From an uncultured Thermoplasmatales archaeon (GTDB lineage Archaea > Thermoplasmatota > E2 > DHVEG-1 > B18-G2), in the NCBI GenBank assembly GCA_964432835.1, contig CAYSPA010000001.1, positions 1-49,204 of the forward strand: a stretch of 49,204 nt of DNA, in the 5' to 3' direction. Positions within the stretch are counted from its first letter, which is position 1, and each line of letters opens with the position of its first letter. Under the pieces are notes generated by a model, which was given only the letters and a program-made list of their open reading frames with translations, had not been told where the DNA came from and made no database searches. Below are positions 45,526 through 49,204 of the stretch, piece after piece. The translations under genes and the position numbers were made by a program.

Positions 45526-45776
45526 TCTCTCATCGTAATGGCTTTTATTGAGCAACAACCTCTCTTTTCATCAAACCACTCGCATCTCACCCCAAGACAT
45601 CTCACCAGATTCCCATGCCTGCTCATAACCGGACAGTACCCGTTCATGATGGAGAAATGGACAATGGTGTAGATTTTGGTTTCCATCACCTTCGACAGAG
45701 GGAGAATGACCATCTCATCCACACCCTTCAATCTTTCATCTCCTTTCGCATATCTGCGATTCAATGGGCACGGCAT
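45522..45776 (-). CDS. Small Cys-rich hypothetical protein, translationally coupled to the radical SAM gene
   Basis: The C-terminal part (...YCPVMSRHGNLVRCLGVRCEWFDEKRGCCSIKAITMRE) is in an open frame ending in ATGA with the rSAM start. Start uncertain: 45776 behind GGGGA, 45713 behind GGGTG, or 45686. The 126-aa version from 45902 is unlikely (see findings). Confidence 0.45.
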   Translation of the reverse strand: MPCPLNRRYAKGDERLKGVDEMVILPLSKVMETKIYTIVHFSIMNGYCPVMSRHGNLVRCLGVRCEWFDEKRGCCSIKAITMRE

Positions 45777-45948
45777 CGAATCCCCGATTTCTTCTCGCCC
45801 TTTTTGCGAAAGGTCAGCGCGATCGGGAGGGAGGTCGCTCGTCTGGTTATAGCTTCGCTCACAATTCCGTTTATCGGAAAACCCACATCGAAAGCGAGCC
45901 ATTCCCGTGATGTGTATATAAGTTCCCGGGAGAAATCCATGACAAGCG

Positions 45949-46254
45949 TCATTTCTTTTCTCCCAACCTTCTTTTAATCTCTTTGCATATCTTGCATACC
46001 TCGCTGTCTATGGATGACGACCCCCTGAATATCCGGTCGGCAGATTCTCTCAACATTGTGCGAATCTCTTCATCCGGCTCAAAACCTTTTCCCCTTTTCT
46101 CTGTCAGATACTGGGAAACCGCTGCATCGGTGAGTCCCAACCTTCTGGCTATGTCCCTGTTACACATCCCGTAGTCCTCGGAAAGTATCTTTACCACTTC
46201 CTTTCTGATGGATGGTATCACATTCTTAACGATAAACTCACACGGCGGGCTCAT
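45949..46254 (-). CDS. HTH transcriptional regulator with C-terminal CxxC
   Basis: 101 aa with HTH CNRDIARRLGLTDAAVSQYL and C-terminal CKICKE. Confidence 0.7.
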   Translation of the reverse strand: MSPPCEFIVKNVIPSIRKEVVKILSEDYGMCNRDIARRLGLTDAAVSQYLTEKRGKGFEPDEEIRTMLRESADRIFRGSSSIDSEVCKICKEIKRRLGEKK

Positions 46255-46269
46255 GTTTCACCAAAAGTT

Positions 46270-46290
46270 TAAATAGAGTAATACTATTTA
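46270..46290. promoter_or_regulatory. Inverted repeat TAAATAG-n7-CTATTTA in a divergent promoter region
   Basis: Read directly. Each arm is TATA-like for one of the two divergent genes (HTH regulator and DUF1858 gene). It could also be an operator. Confidence 0.45.
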
Positions 46291-46327
46291 GAGTTAACGC
46301 CGTTAATATGGATGTAGGGATGAGAAA

Positions 46328-46525
46328 ATGAAAATAACAAAGGATATGACAATTGCAGAAGCCCTCAAATACCCGGGTGTGGGGGAGGTCTTAGCTAAAT
46401 ATGGAATAGGCTGTTTCATGTGTCCCATGATGAGCCTGGAGAGGATAGAGGATATAGCAAGGGTTCACGGCATTGATATAGATACCCTGCTCAAGGAACT
46501 CAACGATGCCGTAAACAAAAAATAA
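46328..46525 (+). CDS. DUF1858-type small redox-disulfide protein
   Basis: 65 aa. TIAEALKYPGVGEVLAKYGIGCFMCPMMSLERIEDIA matches the DUF1858 / hybrid-cluster-associated CxxC domain pattern. Confidence 0.7.
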   Translation: MKITKDMTIAEALKYPGVGEVLAKYGIGCFMCPMMSLERIEDIARVHGIDIDTLLKELNDAVNKK

Positions 46526-46585
46526 AACCTGACAACATTTCTTTACTCCGGTATCCGCTTTCCTCTCATATGGAGATGGTGAGCA

Positions 46586-47809
46586 ATGAGACGCGGATAT
46601 CTGTTCATCGCCCTCGTAATCACCGCAGTCCTCCTCTCATTGATCGCGAGCTCTGCGGATGATAAAAAGGTGGTTCTCGAATTCTTTTATTCGTCTCACT
46701 GTGGGGATTGTGAAGAGAAGATGCCCGTGATAGATGAGATAGAGCGGGAGTACGGAGACCAGATCATCGTCTACAGGAAAGACATCTCGACGAGTGAAGA
46801 GTATCTGGAGGAGTGGCAGAGGTATGGTCTCTACGATGTGCCGGCCGTGGTGATAAATGGAAGGACAAAAGTCGATTACTACGGGATCACAAAGGAAAAT
46901 CTCGAGAGTATAATAGACGCCTACCTCTCTGGAAATATAACGTGGGAAGAAAACGCAACCCGCATAGAGCTACCTTTCTTCGGAGTTGTAGATGAAAAGG
47001 AACTCTCCCGCCTCTCCTTACCACTCCTCGCGATCGTCCTCGGTTCGATCGATGGTTTCAATCCATGTTCCTTTTTTGTTCTCATAGTGTTGCTGAACTT
47101 GCTCATCTATGCGGGTTCTAAAAGAAAAATTGCCCTTATAGGAGGAATCTTTATTTTCTTCTCAGGTTTCATATATTTTATCTTCATGTCCGCCCTGCTC
47201 AACATATTCGCACTGACCTCGCACATCGCTATCATCACAGTGCTTGCTGGAGTTATAGCGTTATTTCTGGGTTCGCTCAACATAAAGGACTTCTTTTTCT
47301 TCAAGAAAGGGATAAGTGCGAGCATACCGGATAGCAAAAAGCCAAAACTGTACAAGCGCATGCGCTCCCTGCTAAAAACATCGAGATTATCATCTGTAAT
47401 CGCTGGAACGATCGTTCTCGCGATATCCGCAAATACTTATGAACTGTTCTGCACGCTCGGTTTCCCGATGATCTTCACGAGAGCGCTGACTTTGCATGAC
47501 CTGCCCACCGCGGTATATTATTTCTACCTGATTCTGTACAACATCGCGTATGTTATTCCTCTGATCGTCATTGTCACAATATTTGCCGTCACCCTTGGGA
47601 GAAAAAAACTCACCCGATCGCATGGCAGGTTTTTGAAACTGGTGTCAGGCACCCTAATGTTCTCGCTTGGAATCGTCCTTCTCGTAAATCCACCTCTCCT
47701 TAACAACCCCATCGCATCGGTGGCGATCCTCGTTTCCGCAATATCGGTATCTGCAATTCTGCATCTCATCTGGGAAAAATTCAGAGTATCATCTGAAGGG
47801 ACTGCTTGA
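46586..47809 (+). CDS. Thioredoxin-fold domain fused to a CcdA/DsbD-type thiol:disulfide transporter membrane domain
   Basis: 407 aa with a signal/anchor, thioredoxin-like FFYSSHCGDCEE, then a polytopic domain with GFNPCSFFVL (CcdA-type NPC motif) and a second Cys (ELFCTLGFP). Confidence 0.75.
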   Translation: MRRGYLFIALVITAVLLSLIASSADDKKVVLEFFYSSHCGDCEEKMPVIDEIEREYGDQIIVYRKDISTSEEYLEEWQRYGLYDVPAVVINGRTKVDYYGITKENLESIIDAYLSGNITWEENATRIELPFFGVVDEKELSRLSLPLLAIVLGSIDGFNPCSFFVLIVLLNLLIYAGSKRKIALIGGIFIFFSGFIYFIFMSALLNIFALTSHIAIITVLAGVIALFLGSLNIKDFFFFKKGISASIPDSKKPKLYKRMRSLLKTSRLSSVIAGTIVLAISANTYELFCTLGFPMIFTRALTLHDLPTAVYYFYLILYNIAYVIPLIVIVTIFAVTLGRKKLTRSHGRFLKLVSGTLMFSLGIVLLVNPPLLNNPIASVAILVSAISVSAILHLIWEKFRVSSEGTA

Positions 47810-47821
47810 AAGAAAATGCAG

Positions 47822-49138
47822 CTAACCCATCCTCTTGAGGGGTTTACTGAGATGGCGCCTGGCGCACGGCGGCACCTCGTAGAAACCTTCCTTTAAATCC
47901 CTGTCGAGAATCTCATACCTGGCATCCTTTTCATCCTTTGTGGAGCCGCACCTCTTGCATCTGTAACCTTTGCCTTTACCCATGGATTTCATGTGGATTC
48001 CGCACTTCTCACAGACCGGATTTTCAACCTTAACTCTTACAGTTGAGAGATTCTTTATACGAATCTTCTCTATATTGATGGTGAAGGGCTTTTCTCTCAC
48101 ACCTCCATAGACCTCTACTCTATCACCCCTTTTCAATTTCCTTATGATATTCCTGAATCCTTTTGTTGGTTCATAAGCTGTGCAATCTATTGAACCGGTT
48201 CCATCACCGATACTAAATATAACATGTCCACCCTCTATTGTGAAGGGCTCTCTATCCACTGTCCCCTCAATGATGACAGATTGGTAAGGTTTCACTTCGG
48301 ATATCTTCTTTCTCTGCAGGTGCTCATCCGTTCCCTGATTCGTTTCGTAAATCATCCAGCCCAGGTAGTTCTCTGATATCACCATTTCTTTTGCCTTCAT
48401 AAGATCACCTGGCTCATCACCCCTGATTCCGAAAAGTATTGGGCAAGGCGAGTTCGGGGTTATGAGTATCCTCTTTTCTTCATAGTCATAGTTGTCGAAA
48501 GTTGAATTGATAGCTTTGTCCATTTTTATGACGGATTCCTCTTTCACATCCCTCTCTTTACCCCATTTTTCCCTGTGCCTGTAGGATATCAGCTCGTAGG
48601 TTTTATCCCCGGGTTCCCATGAGATCGCAGCTGTGGCTCCTATGAGACCTCTTCCGTTTTTATACCCTCTGTATACGACGCCATTACTGTCCAGCACCCT
48701 TATAACATCATTCAGATGAAGCACATCCTTCACTCCTCGCTCATAGAGAGTTCTATCAAACCTTTTTCCCGTTATCACAAAACCCGGATTCGTTTTTTCA
48801 TCCGCCAGAAAAGCCTGTTTCTCCACCTCTTCTCTAACTATGTTTTCGATCACCGCAATATCTGCATCATCATTTCCATTCGTGAAGGCGAACAGTTTTT
48901 TACCTTCGAACTCCCCTATCAGTATCTCTCTGCCATTCCCTCTTCCTGCTCTTATGGCGACGGCACCATTACCCCTCGTTTTCCATGGGATGTTGGGATT
49001 CAGTCTCACCAGTCTCGGATATCCTATTATATCTATCCCATTCTCAATAAGTTTCTTGACAATCGTGTAACAGATGTATGTGGTACATCCCCCATCCTTG
49101 GAATCCGTGTCATCTATCCCTATCCAGACCATTTCCAT
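47822..49138 (-). CDS. tiaS: tRNA(Ile2) 2-agmatinylcytidine synthetase
   Basis: ORF to 49189; ATG 49138/49132 preferred (MEMVWIGIDDTDSKDGGCTTY, the TiaS N-terminal signature). OB-fold region and C-terminal zinc ribbon CEKCG...CKRCGS. Confidence 0.85.
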   Translation of the reverse strand: MEMVWIGIDDTDSKDGGCTTYICYTIVKKLIENGIDIIGYPRLVRLNPNIPWKTRGNGAVAIRAGRGNGREILIGEFEGKKLFAFTNGNDDADIAVIENIVREEVEKQAFLADEKTNPGFVITGKRFDRTLYERGVKDVLHLNDVIRVLDSNGVVYRGYKNGRGLIGATAAISWEPGDKTYELISYRHREKWGKERDVKEESVIKMDKAINSTFDNYDYEEKRILITPNSPCPILFGIRGDEPGDLMKAKEMVISENYLGWMIYETNQGTDEHLQRKKISEVKPYQSVIIEGTVDREPFTIEGGHVIFSIGDGTGSIDCTAYEPTKGFRNIIRKLKRGDRVEVYGGVREKPFTINIEKIRIKNLSTVRVKVENPVCEKCGIHMKSMGKGKGYRCKRCGSTKDEKDARYEILDRDLKEGFYEVPPCARRHLSKPLKRMG

Positions 49139-49204
49139 TCCGTTAGTTCTTCCTCCATATAAATCTTTACACGGGTTCTTTGCATCCAACAGAAAGATTT
49201 ATAT

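Noticed and set aside
44812-45672. 286-aa plus-strand ORF.
   Set aside because: It is antisense to the radical SAM gene, with a shadow-ORF composition.
45770-45790. tRNA T-loop-like string ATCGAATCCCC.
   Set aside because: The flanking bases cannot form a T-stem (ACGGC versus CCCCG), and no acceptor, D or anticodon arms could be built on either strand.
1-49204. CRISPR arrays, transposases/IS elements, integrases, inteins and prophage-like blocks.
   Set aside because: No regularly spaced direct repeats, terminal inverted repeats or mobile-element-like ORFs were seen. nrdJ, rgy and the other large genes read through without intein-like insertions.

Overview
Densely coding archaeal chromosome segment, almost certainly from a thermophile or hyperthermophile. 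Markers: reverse gyrase, TiaS, GGGP synthase, split GMP synthase, ThyX, EndoQ, an archaeal-type SRP (7S) RNA, A/T-rich TATA-type promoters and many 4-nt start/stop overlaps. I see no rRNA, CRISPR array, transposase, integrase or inteins. RNA genes: tRNA-Ala(GGC) and the SRP RNA, both on the minus strand, plus one candidate C/D-box sRNA. About 60 protein genes are listed; most are housekeeping (nucleotide, cofactor, lipid and peptide metabolism, DNA topology and repair). Seven parts deserve a second look. (1) A tight RHH-sat-DHH-sulfotransferase-cysC-TauE operon: PAPS synthesis, sulfuryl transfer and pAp recycling, with no reductive genes and a perfect 16-bp palindrome at its promoter. (2) A ten-gene Mrp/Mbh-type membrane-arm operon ending in a NuoH/MbhM-like subunit, with no NuoB/C/D/I-like peripheral module. 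(3) A C/D-box sRNA-like element in the long 5' leader of the B12-dependent ribonucleotide reductase gene. (4) An HD / CitD-CitE fusion / CitF operon in which the CitD prosthetic-group serine appears to be missing and no citC/G/X genes are adjacent. (5) A small Cys-rich ORF translationally coupled (ATGA) to an MJ_1487-type radical SAM gene, behind a GC-elevated structured leader. (6) Two tandem pairs of divergent secreted, sequon-rich paralogues. (7) A KaiC-like ATPase, an HTH protein and reverse gyrase packed 1-2 nt apart. All family assignments come from reading motifs by eye. No database search was run. Start codons are my best choices and several are ambiguous.
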